Of a stretch of 64,000 nt of DNA, positions 39,473-50,060 are shown one piece after another; positions within the stretch are counted from its first letter, which is position 1; each line of letters starts with the position of its first letter. Location: positions 204,600,001 to 204,664,000 of the forward strand of contig NC_042997.1 in NCBI RefSeq assembly GCF_006345805.1, written 5' to 3'. A program made the translations under genes and the position numbers. Source of the stretch: Octopus sinensis. Taxonomy: Eukaryota. The notes beneath the pieces are model-generated. The model was not told the origin of the DNA. It did no database searches and saw only the letters and a program-made list of their open reading frames with translations.

Positions 39473-39921
39473 AAATGATGAGCGATATATAAAAAAATAA
39501 TTAAAACCACTTTTCACTGTCCAACCACCATCGCCATCTCCTTTAAGTGATATCCCTACTGACATCACCACCGCCTAAATAAATAGATAGATAGATAGAT
39601 AGATATTTTTTTCTTTACTACCCACAAGGGGCTAAACATAGAAGAGACAAACAAGGACAGACAAAGGGATTAAGTCGATTACATCGACCCCAGTGCGAAA
39701 CTGGTACTTTATTTATCGACCCCGAAAGGATGAAAGGCAAAATCGTTTCTGCCAGCTTGTTGCCTTCGATAGAATGTGTGAGAGAGAGAGGCTAAAATTA
39801 AAATGAAAATTATTTTTGAATGGCAAATAACTAGAATTGAGCTTTGTTATTAACTAAGTATTGTGGTGGTGGTGGTTGGGCAGCAAAAAGTAGTTTTTTG
39901 TATTTTAATTACTTTATTGCC

Positions 39922-40057
39922 CACGCGCATGCGCTGTTACAATAAATTATCGTCTGCTCAATCAAAACTTGTATTTCTTTAAGAAAATGGACAACGACAG
40001 ACGACGTCAGAGAACAAGTGGAAGCAGGAGAAAAAGGTTTAGGGTAAGGTGTTTTTA
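39922..40057 (+). promoter_or_regulatory. Putative promoter/short first exon, plus copy (CGCGCATGCGCT; donor TAGG|GTAAGG at 40043/40044)
   Basis: Inverted homolog of 39345-39472. CpG-rich in an AT-rich background. Confidence 0.35.
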
Positions 40058-40367
40058 TGGGTTTGTTTTAATTACGTAAACTGTATTCTCTGAAGACCTT
40101 CTGCTGTTCAGCTCTTTTAAGAGTTTCTTGGCACCGGTCAACAGACGTCATCGTGGCACAAGTGGAGAAATGAGAAAGTTTAGGACATGGTGTTTTTATG
40201 TTTTATTTTTTTTAATAACCGTATTTGTCAAAATTCTACAAATGTATTCAGACAGAATAATGTTATAGGTGATGTCTTTGATTTCATTCCGTAGTTACGA
40301 TTGTTCATTTCACAGCATAAAGGAAAATATTATTGATAACAACTCACCAAGAAGACGACTTAAAAAT

Positions 40368-41147
40368 ATTTCGTTTTGGGATTTGGTTTGCAAGATTCTT
40401 TATGTGAGTTCGTGTGTTGAAACATATTCTGTTGTGTCTGGGGAAAGTCATTCTCTTTTGGTGCCTTATAATTTAACATACTCACCGGTAAAATTTTCAC
40501 TTTTTTTCTAATTTTATTTTCCTAAAATTTTCGTTGCGTCTTGCAACATTTTCAATAGTTTTGACTCTCTATTGAAAAGGTTGCTAGAGGCAACGAAAAT
40601 TTTAGGAAAATAAAAATAAGAAAAAAGTGGAAATTTTACCGGTGAGTGTGTTACATTATAAGGCACAAAAAGAAAATGACTTTCCCCAGACACAACACGA
40701 CATAAGAATATAACATTCAGAAATGTTGTTTCTTGAGGTTGCTCCTTCCATGCAAGCTAAGGAACTTTTATATCATCTCAAAAATTAAATATTTCAGAAA
40801 AATATACAATTCCATTCCACAATTTTCAAAATAACCGTGGAAATCCCACGGACACTGGCAGTGGTCAATTTATATGTTTTAGGAAACAATATGTAAACAG
40901 ATTTCGTCTTTGGATTTGGTTTGCAAGATTCTTTATGTGAGTTCGTGTGTTGAAGCATATTCTGTTGTGTCTGGGGAGAGTCATTTTCTTTTGTTGCCTT
41001 ATAATGTAACACACTCACTGGTAAAATTTCCACTTATTTCTTATTCGGTTAAGGACAATAAAAATAAGGAAAAAGTGGAAATTTTACCGGTGAGTGTGTT
41101 ACATTATATGGCACGAAAAGAAAATGACTCTCCCCAGACACAACAGA
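40368..41147. repeat. Cluster of four copies of one repeat forming two palindromes
   Basis: Arms 40431-40558/40569-40696 (10-nt spacer) and about 40961-41035/41073-41147. Confidence 0.85.
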
Positions 41148-42696
41148 TTATTATAACTAATTATTAATAATGAGAAATATTCATTAGTAAATTGTATTTT
41201 ATTGTATTATTTCTTATACAAATGATAGCATCCGAAAAGAAAAGTTAGTCGCCCTCTTGTCGTCGATTTTTAACTCTTAGGTTTTTTATATGACTTGAAG
41301 AATAATCCCATCGATGTAGGGATCGATGGGGTTATTCTTTAGAAGACCCTGTTGTTTAAATGCACCTTCATTCATTTAGTATTTATCATGTGTAATCTGT
41401 TACATGCAGCCAGGTCGAAATTTGAACTTGTAAACCATTATTTCTCTCTGGTTTTAAACTTTTTTATTCATTGGAATACTTAAGTAGCGTTGAAAGAATC
41501 AATCAACATTTGAATATAGGGGTCATTGTTACTTTCTTGTATCGTTTTATTTCAACTGGAATACAGGGTCCCTCAAAAACCTCTTAGATTCATCATTCTT
41601 GATAAACATTCCAACAACATAGGCACAGTATGCAGCTGGTATAAACCATGATACTAAAAAAGAAATGGTAAAACATAGCCATATGTTGATACCATTACTG
41701 ACTGCCCAACTTTATTGTTTAAAATATGGGAGGGTATTTTTCTCGTGCTCTGCAAATAAATAAATAGATTCTTCGACTAAAGGAATTTGTTTAAAATATT
41801 TTGCTAGCTGACATTAAGCTCAAGTTATTGTAGCTTATCTCCAGGCCAGCACTAACAAAGGTGTTCCAGCCGGGACCATCTTGTCTTGTTAGGAACATCA
41901 ATGAAACACATTAACCAATGTGTTCTTCCCTTTTACAGGGCGGTTTGTGTGTGTTTTGAGGGAGATGTGGCAGTTATTTTAGCAACCAGTTAATTCATAT
42001 AAAGAAGGAATCAATCCCAATTAGAGAAACACTAAACTCAAATAATCGCTTTATTATAAGCAACAACAATACCTCCAAATTACGATTAGCAACAAAACAC
42101 TGTTTTAAACAGATTTCTTCATTCAGAGTTTAAAGTTATTTCAAAGTGCGACTGGAAAACTTCCAGTATTTTACACAGCCATTTGGTTTGGTGCAAGTAA
42201 AGTTAGGTAGCTGGTTAAGGTGGTTTCATGTAGCTAATTTTACTGTTTTATTATTTTTTCCCAGACACTATCATGATTTATATTGCTACGCATTATATGT
42301 TTGATGCTGAAATATTTATCAAGAATAATTAATCCAAGAGGTTTTTATCGCACCCTATATTTTATAAAAGAGAAAATGGCTACTATATTCATGTTAAGTT
42401 TATTGATTTTGTCAAAACATCAAACGTGGTTCAGTGGTAAAAGCATTGGAGACGACAGAGGAACACTGGTTTACAAGGCCAAATTCGATCCTAACTACAT
42501 GTAACATACGTGATAAATATCGAATGAACGAAGTAACGTCTGCATCAGGAAAAAGAAGGGTCTCTTAAAAAGTTGACATCGATCTCGTTTGTCTAATGGA
42601 GCTATCATTGAAGTCGTATAATACTTGGGTGGGAGATTAAACTCGGTGAGGAGGGAACGGTCGAACTTTTGTTTGAAAGTTATCATTGATAGAAGA

Positions 42697-42911
42697 TGTT
42701 ATGCGTGTAGTTTGTTGTATTGGGAAGGACAACCAGTTGAAAACCATTGTTATGTTTATCGTGTTTATTGACGTTACTTATATGGACGACACATCACCGT
42801 GTAGTGATACATTGTTTACTTAACACACAATTTGTATTGTTCACTAACAAATAGTGCCAAGAGTATGGAGTAGTTTGGCATTCGCAAACACACAGATATG
42901 AATGTGTAACA
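42697..42911 (-). repeat. 3' LTR (215 bp)
   Basis: TGTTATGCG...GTGTAACA on plus. No differences from 45416-45630 found by eye. Confidence 0.95.
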
Positions 42912-42923
42912 TCCCTTCTTCTT
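42912..42923 (-). other. Polypurine tract
   Basis: Minus strand AAGAAGAAGGGA immediately before the 3' LTR. Confidence 0.85.
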
Positions 42924-42991
42924 GAAAAAAAAAGGGGTCTCTTGGCAGTGAAGACAACTATGAGTAGTCTCCCTTGCTCTATGGATTGTCA

Positions 42992-44056
42992 TCATGTCTT
43001 TTCTTTTTCTTTAGCGGTATCGAACCGGTGGCAGAATGTTCTTTCTCCATCTGGTGGATCTTCTGCTTCGCACCGGTGTCTGAGGTGTGTTGTACACGTT
43101 TTCCTCGGTAGCTCTGGTGTTGGGCGGATGTGGGCCCTGTTGCGTCTCAGCTGCCTACCAGATTCTGTTTCTATTATATATGATCTTGGGGTTTCAGCTC
43201 TACTGACAACCTGTGCTGGGATCCATGTTTTAGTTATGGGATCTTCAGTATGCACATTTTATCCTCCAAGCATCTCAGGTAAATATTGTGCATGTTTGTT
43301 GTGATGCCTCTGTGCTCGTTCTTGAGTGGCTGCTAGCTTTGCCCTTGTTTCTTTCTGGTCAATAGGAGGTTGGATCTTAGTTGGCAGGGTAGTTTTATAC
43401 TTCCTGCCATTCAGCAATTCTGCTGGGGATTTCATATTAGCTCTCAGTGGAGTCGCTCGTAGGGACATAAGTGCCAGGTGTGGGTCTTCCCTAGTCTTCC
43501 GGCATTTGACTAGTGTTCTCTTCACTGTCTGCACCTGTCTTTCTATAAACCCATGACCTTTGGGGCAGTGTGGAGATGAAGTTTCAATATTGAACCCATG
43601 TTCATCAGCTAGTTTTTTGAATTCTTGTGACGTGAACTGGGTTCCATTGTCACATATGATCTGCTCTGGTATTCCTTGCTCTGCTAGGAGTCCTCGGGCC
43701 ACTGTAGTGATTGTTTTGGCTGTCAGGTCTTTCACTTTTCTCACAAATGGAAATTTGGAGTAGTAGCAGGCCATTATTAAATACCATTCTTGGCCTTCTG
43801 TGAATAGATCTACTCCAATAGTTTGCCATGGCCTTCTTGGGATGTCACCAGATATCATTTCCTCCTTTTGTTGTGAGGTTTTGTACTTTTCTATGTCTTT
43901 GTACATGCTCTTATTGGTTGTCACATTTACAATGTGGTGGACCTTTCTGCTTAGTCCTTCCATCTCCTTTTTGTTTGTGATTGGTGGTCGGTTTTTGATA
44001 GGCATATCACTTACAATCCTGCTTGGAGCTGCTTTCACTTCAGCATTGACCGACAC
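42992..44056 (-). pseudogene. Gypsy integrase (DDE core intact, HHCC absent; in-frame TAA at 43261-43259 before the C-terminal module)
   Basis: PWQTIGVDLF...IICDNGTQF...GFIERQVQTVK with 35 residues between D and E. After the stop, the same frame continues WIPAQVV..AETPRSYII....GRQLRRNR. Confidence 0.9.
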
Positions 44057-44061
44057 AATAT

Positions 44062-45291
44062 TTAACCTCCTGCAGGTATCGAGTCCAAGAATTGCTGGGC
44101 CTTCTGTTCACATAAAATGTACACTCGATTGATTTCCCTTTGTGTCCCCTTTATTGTTGTTTTCCCCAGTTGTGGGATTCTGGTACCTCCGTACGCAGTG
44201 AGGACCACATCACTTGGTGTGAGGATTCCTTTCCTGACCCTATCCTCTTCTGTCATATTTTCTGGGAACATCTTCTTGTATAAGCCGACAGGCAAGATAT
44301 CACTCTGGGCCCCAGTGTCTATCTTCAGCCTTAAGTCTATGTTTGTTCTTTTCCTTCCGGCCTTCTTTTGAATTTTTATCGTCGTGTATGCCTCATCTTC
44401 TTTCCTTCGGTCGTCCTTTCCCTTCTCATGCACATTTATTATGCCGATTGCTAAGAATTCCTCCTCTGAGGTGCTTTGTTCCTGTTGTTGTGCATGTATA
44501 TCCCTTCTATTTCTGCTCCTCTTTGAAACTTGGGGCTTGTATCTCTGGGATTTTGTTATCCTACACATTTTTTTCCAGTGGTTCAGTTTTCCACATCCTT
44601 TGCAGTGTGTACCGAATGCAGGACATTTTTTCCGGTCATTAAATTCATGCTCTGTACCACAGTACCGGCATGTTCTTTGGTTTTGGGTTTGTGTCCTGTC
44701 CTTATATACAGTATCTACACTGCTATCTAGTGGGCTTGCTTGTAAGCTTAGTGAGGCCATTTGTTTGGTAGTGGCTTCAAATGCTCTTGCAGTGTCTACT
44801 GCTTCTACCAACTGGAGAGCGTCCTTACCTATTAGCGATTTTTGCACTTGTTTGTGGGCACACCCCCATATTAATTGGTCTACAATTCTCTCCTCCCTGT
44901 CTTTGAATTTGCATTTCTCTGCAACATTTTTCAGTCTTGACAGGAAATTGTCTATTGTTTCTTGTGGGGCTTGTTTCAGGCCCTGGAATTCGTATCTCTG
45001 AATTCTGTGGTTTGACCTGGGCTCTAAGTGCCTCTCAAATTTTTCAAGAAGTGTATCTGGGTCATTGCAGTCTAATTCTGACATATCCCAGCTATTGTAT
45101 AGGTCTATTCCTTTATTACCTGACCATAAAAGGATATAACTTACCTTTTCATCGTCAGTTGTGCCTTTCAGGAAACTTTTGAAAGCTAGTTGAGCTTTTT
45201 GTTTGAATTTTTTAAATTCTTCAACGACATCACTGGAATCCCAATTCATAATTGGATGCAGATTCATCTGTACGGCGACGGGGGTCGCCAT
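44062..45291 (-). CDS. Gypsy Gag-aspartic protease, 409 aa, frameshifted near the protease end
   Basis: Two Cys/His knuckles (CRYCGTEH...C and CKGCGKLNHWKKMC) and protease LKIDTGAQSDIL. The expected GPAILGLDTCRRLNIV lies in another frame at about 44110-44055. Confidence 0.85.
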   Translation of the reverse strand: MATPVAVQMNLHPIMNWDSSDVVEEFKKFKQKAQLAFKSFLKGTTDDEKVSYILLWSGNKGIDLYNSWDMSELDCNDPDTLLEKFERHLEPRSNHRIQRYEFQGLKQAPQETIDNFLSRLKNVAEKCKFKDREERIVDQLIWGCAHKQVQKSLIGKDALQLVEAVDTARAFEATTKQMASLSLQASPLDSSVDTVYKDRTQTQNQRTCRYCGTEHEFNDRKKCPAFGTHCKGCGKLNHWKKMCRITKSQRYKPQVSKRSRNRRDIHAQQQEQSTSEEEFLAIGIINVHEKGKDDRRKEDEAYTTIKIQKKAGRKRTNIDLRLKIDTGAQSDILPVGLYKKMFPENMTEEDRVRKGILTPSDVVLTAYGGTRIPQLGKTTIKGTQREINRVYILCEQKAQQFLDSIPAGG

Positions 45292-45402
45292 CTTGTATTC
45301 CTTGTTTATGTTGTCCGAAGCGTAGCGATGTTTTGTTTGTTGATTTCCTCGTTCGTTGTGTTCCTGTTTTGTTTTGAGAGCACAATTCCGGATTAATTGT
45401 TT

Positions 45403-45415
45403 ACCGCTGCCACCA
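45403..45415 (-). other. Primer-binding site, tRNA-Leu
   Basis: Minus TGGTGGCAGCGGT abuts the 5' LTR and is complementary to the 3' end ...ACCGCUGCCACCA of metazoan tRNA-Leu(AAG/UAG), recalled from the vertebrate sequence. Confidence 0.8.
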
Positions 45416-45630
45416 TGTTATGCGTGTAGTTTGTTGTATTGGGAAGGACAACCAGTTGAAAACCATTGTTATGTTTATCGTGTTTATTGACGTTACTTAT
45501 ATGGACGACACATCACCGTGTAGTGATACATTGTTTACTTAACACACAATTTGTATTGTTCACTAACAAATAGTGCCAAGAGTATGGAGTAGTTTGGCAT
45601 TCGCAAACACACAGATATGAATGTGTAACA
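45416..45630 (-). repeat. 5' LTR (215 bp)
   Basis: Apparently identical to 42697-42911. Confidence 0.95.
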
Positions 45631-45714
45631 GAAGAAATAACACGATAAAATACAATTTGTCTATAAACATTTCTCAATATAATAAATAAAAAAAATAAAT
45701 GCGCCCTTTTTAAA

Positions 45715-45940
45715 GTCTAGCCAGGCTCATGGGCCCGGTTTCTATGGTGTATGTGTTCCCCAGCTGGACAGGACGCCAGTCCATCGCAGCGTTACTCATT
45801 TTTGCCATCTGAGTGGAATGGAGCAACGTGAAATGAAGTGTTTTGCTCAAGAATACAACGCATCACCCGGTCCAGGAATCGAAACCACAATCTTACGATC
45901 ATGATGCTGACAGCCTAACTACTAAGCCACGCGCCTCCAC
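45715..45940 (-). mobile_element. tRNA-headed SINE with MetaSINE-like central domain
   Basis: Minus: GGAGGCGCGTGGCTTAGTAG...GGTTTCGATTCC head (as family C), then GCGATGGACTGGCGTCCTGTCCAG...AGAAACCGGG, resembling the Meta domain from memory. Confidence 0.55.
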
Positions 45941-46356
45941 TCTCAATATAATTAGTCGTAATTGTTTCTTACACACTGTTGTCTAAAACATGACAATGTA
46001 ATTATATTAATAGAGCTTTAGTTATAATCCCAAAGCAGTGAAACGTTATTTGTAATAACTTTGTGGATGGTGGATGGGTAGACGTTAGAGCATCAAAAAG
46101 ATTGTTGTGTGGCATTTATTCCATCTCTTTACGTTTTGAGTTCAGATGCCGCTCTGCTGATGGTATGCACGAACGTCTTCCCCTCAAAATTTCTGCCCTT
46201 CTGCATAAATTACAAGCCATATATACAGAGTGCCTCATAAAGCCTGGTTACATTTTAAAAGCAAGCAAACAGATTGGAACATAAATGGACCAGTGCCAAC
46301 ACTCTTGTAAATTACAAATGAAAAATGTTCCCCATCAATATTAGTAATTATATCAA

Positions 46357-46545
46357 GGCAGCGAGCTAGCAAAATCGATAGCATGCTGGGCGACCTGCCT
46401 AGTGGCATTTCGTCTGTCTATGTTCTGAGTTCAAATGCGGCTGGGGTCGATAAAATAAGTACCAGTTGATCCCTAGGTTTGATGTAATTGACTTAGCTGC
46501 TCCCTGAAATTGCTGGCCTTGTGCTAAAATTTGAAACTAATATTA
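46357..46545 (+). mobile_element. SINE family B variant
   Basis: GGCAGCGAGCTAGC...GAGTTCAAAT...GGGGTCGATAAAATAAGTACCAG. Confidence 0.7.
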
Positions 46546-47059
46546 GTAACTATAAGAATATCCATTTATTTAAATGAGATTATCTTCTTTCGTCTGCTCC
46601 AAGTTGTTTCTATGCTTGTTTATCCAACTAATTATATTAGTCATCATTAGCAGTGTGGATTTCTAATATTTAAAAAAAAAGTATTTTGATTTGGCTTTAG
46701 CTTCTTCAAGGAGAACCTATACATGATCACTTAACAAGCTAGTAACGAGAGCCAAATTTCTCTCATACTGTATTGAGTCATCTTAAAAACGAGGAAGGAC
46801 ACATTAGATAATGTAGTCCTGGATAGCCCTAAAAATGAGATGGTCATAAGTGGATCATTATTGATCATAAGTTTGCTCAGTCAGGGCTGATCTGAGACTA
46901 AACAGCAACATCAACATGATAAATAAGGGTTTTGATGATAAAGACCAGACCATTAAGAATGTCATATTATACACACACACACACACACGAACAATCACCA
47001 TGTCTCTCTCACTATTGCTCTCTTTATCATATCTTACTCACTAGTGTAGCTAGTGTGCT

Positions 47060-47500
47060 GCCCGGGGCAGCCCTTTCGTTTACCACCACCGGACCCCACA
47101 AAAAACACATATTACCTACAACAGACCCATACATAGGTCTTTCAGCAGCCACTCTGTTGACCCAGGGTAGCACTACTTCCTCCAGGCACTTGATGTAGGC
47201 CTCTGTGTTGAGTCTGAGGCCATGTGCAAAGATGAATGGAGGCATAATGTCACCATCACTAGTGATCACTCCAAACACCATGATGTCAGCTGGATGTTTG
47301 ATTTTTACCACTCTCTGTACATGTTTTAGGGACACAGCAAGCCAATGGTTGTTCTGTGTGTTCACCATCTGTTCATATTGGAGCTTCTAGCATGAATGCT
47401 AAGCAGTACAGCATATCATTTCCAAATTTCTGACAGAGTGAAATGTGTAATGGTGCTGTTTTTCTCACAGACAGTGCCCAACTGACCCTCTTTCACTGTG
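47060..47500 (-). mobile_element. IS630-Tc1-mariner (maT-like) transposase fragment
   Basis: KHPADIMVFGVITSDGDIMPPFIFAHGLRLNTEAYIKCLEEVVLPWV resembles the catalytic-domain segment of maT/DD37D-type transposases. Internally deleted. Confidence 0.75.
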
Positions 47501-47848
47501 TAGTTAATAAAATCAAAAACAAACAATATGCACATATAAAATAAAAAATATAAAATGGTGACAATTTATCCATTGCATCCTGGATATTATATGTGGCCGA
47601 TACCAGTGTCGGCTGACTGGCATGTAAAAAGCACCCACTACACTCTCAGCTTGGTTGGAATTAGGAAGGGCATCAAACTGTAGAAACCTTGCCAAATCAA
47701 ATTTGAGCCTGGTACAGCATCCCAGCTTGCCAGTCCTCAGTCAAACTGTTCAACTCACGCCAGCATGGAAAACAGAGGTTAAACAACAACGACATTGATG
47801 ATGATATATATATACGTGGCTCTTCTTGACACCATTACTTCTCATACC

Positions 47849-47880
<32 letters not shown>

Positions 47881-48401
47881 TACATACATACAGGATATCA
47901 TTATGTTTTATTGATAATCCAAGTGTATTCCACCTCTTGCTACCAGTTCCAAAATTAACATTTCATTGATATTCTACCCTCTTTACAACAACAAGAATGG
48001 CAACAAAGACATTTAGTAAATGTTGTAATTTGTCAGTAACACAATTCTTATCTCAGTTGGATATCTCATGGCACCGTAATGATAGTTTCAAGAAAGGTTA
48101 TTTAACTACCCACCCTATTTAGTAATTTCTTATATGAGGCTAATAACTCCCTTCCCCAGAATTCTACAACATAAAACATACTTTTGATGAGATGAACCAC
48201 CAAATACGCAATGATAAATTACATTATCAGGATGTACACAACATTACAGGAAGTTTGAAAGTTACCTTGTGGAGGGGACAGAGCAACAAATGGTTTGACT
48301 AGGGAGCCTCTATCTGAGCTTAGAATCTGCTGAAAATAGCAGCTAAATGTCTTTCTCATGACATTCTTGGAATACAGGGCTACAGGGCCTCTGTGAGAAA
48401 T

Positions 48402-48629
48402 TTAATCTTTTTGATACCAACCCAGCTGAAACTGGCTCTAGCTCTGAGTACAAATGTCTTGTTTACATAAGTTCTGAATTAAAATCTTCCTCTAAACCTT
48501 AGTCACAATTTATGTTCCTAACACTAGCTGAATGATATCTAAGTTATTTTACTAATTTCTTTGTTATATTTAAAGTAATTGAATGAAACACAAAGCATCT
48601 CAAAATAAATACAGTAATGAAAGGGTTAA
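48402..48629. mobile_element. piggyBac-like MITE
   Basis: Ends TTAATCTTTTTGATACC and GTAATGAAAGGGTTAA. End motifs match 3073-3300. Confidence 0.5.
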
Positions 48630-49703
48630 CCATACAGAACTGGTATGTTTTCAGATCCCAGGAAGGAACCTATAAAAATTCTAGAAGGCTGAAAGTTGTT
48701 TTTTTTTTTAAAGGAAGGGTCCTATAGATATTCATAGTGAACTTGAACTCTGATAGATCCTCCTTGGTCTGCTTAATCAGGACTACCTTGGAGCTAGGAA
48801 TAGATTCTACAACAGCAATAACAACAACAAGTCAATAAGGGAGCTTGTACATGATTGCTCAACTTGCTAGAAATAACAGCTAAATATTCCTTTAATCACT
48901 ACTATCGCATCTCAGAAAGTAGATAATATGGTTCTAGACTCTGAGTATAAAAGATATGAAATGTCTTTCAGCATAGGTCTCTTTGATCAAGGCCTAACCT
49001 GGGATTAACCAATGCCAAATTAATAAAATGTTTAAAACAAGATTCACTGCCATCTCCATAGTCTACAGTTTATAAAACTTTCATGTTGTCTGATGTCATT
49101 AGAGTTATCAACCTTGAGTTAAGCTTTTAAATTTTAAATGTCTAGAGGGACATTTTCTCTACTCATTGCTTGGATAATCCCTGTTAATTGAAGTTATTGA
49201 ACACAGCTATATGTGAGATCCTATTTGTAGCAAAATATTATGGGATTAACATTGAACTAATCAATATAGTAGAATTACTAAATTCCAATAAGACTATTTT
49301 TTAATACTGTTTATTTGACTCTCATTAGATATATATTTACGTACTCTTGAATTTATAACTCACATTATAATAGTAACCTGGTAGTTATTGTATGGTTTTG
49401 AACCTTGTACCATTATGTAAACTTATGTACCCCTTCCGCTCTCATGGAGGACATTAAATGAGGATGATGACGATGATGATGACAACGGCGATGATGAGTT
49501 TATGTCTTGACAATTATTTACATTTTAATTTTCAAAAAATAGCCTTCAGCTACTATCATTAGCAGATTGAGAAAGGAAATTGAGCAAATCCCAATGAATT
49601 CTTAAATGATAATGAAATCAGTCAGTTTGGTTCTCATCTGAAGCAGCTGAAAAAACCTTGGACCTAATTTTACACTGAATTAAAATACACTCCCACATTC
49701 TCC

Positions 49704-49736
<33 letters not shown>

Positions 49737-49789
49737 TGGTATGTGTGGTGCGGTGTGTGTGTGTGTGATAATCTTAGATACCAAATGCC

Positions 49790-50060
49790 TCTTATGACTT
49801 GTGTCATATATCACAAAACTTACAAGACAATATCTGGACTTGAAAGGCATATGCTAGTTCACAAAAACATTCCTTCAGAATCAGATTCCAAAGAGTAAAG
49901 ATATAGAAGAAACTTGAATAATATCTGTCACTTGTGTTTCAAACTCTGTCAGTCGGCAGCTGGACTTAAAAGTCATCTGAGGGCTCATCAACGGAGTGGT
50001 TGTGCTGTGTGGTGTGTGTGTTGATGGGATGGTTATCATCTGTCAAGATGAAGCAATCAT
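49790..50060 (+). pseudogene. RTE-like 3' end with two C2H2 zinc fingers
   Basis: CVIYHKTYKTISGLERHMLVH (second Cys mutated to Tyr), a stop, then in frame CHLCFKLCQSAAGLKSHLRAH (CX2CX12HX3H). (CAT)n tail follows. Confidence 0.6.

Larger units (their letters stand above)
42697..45630 (-). mobile_element. Ty3/Gypsy LTR retroelement, non-autonomous (gag-PR-IN, no RT/RNase H), 2934 bp
   Basis: Two 215-bp TG...CA LTRs, 5-bp TSD GAAGA (42692-42696, 45631-45635), PBS, PPT, and gag/protease/integrase remnants with integrase last. Confidence 0.95.

Noticed and set aside
44384-45001. 205-aa plus-strand ORF antisense to gag
   Set aside because: It is the shadow of the gag frame, with no independent features.
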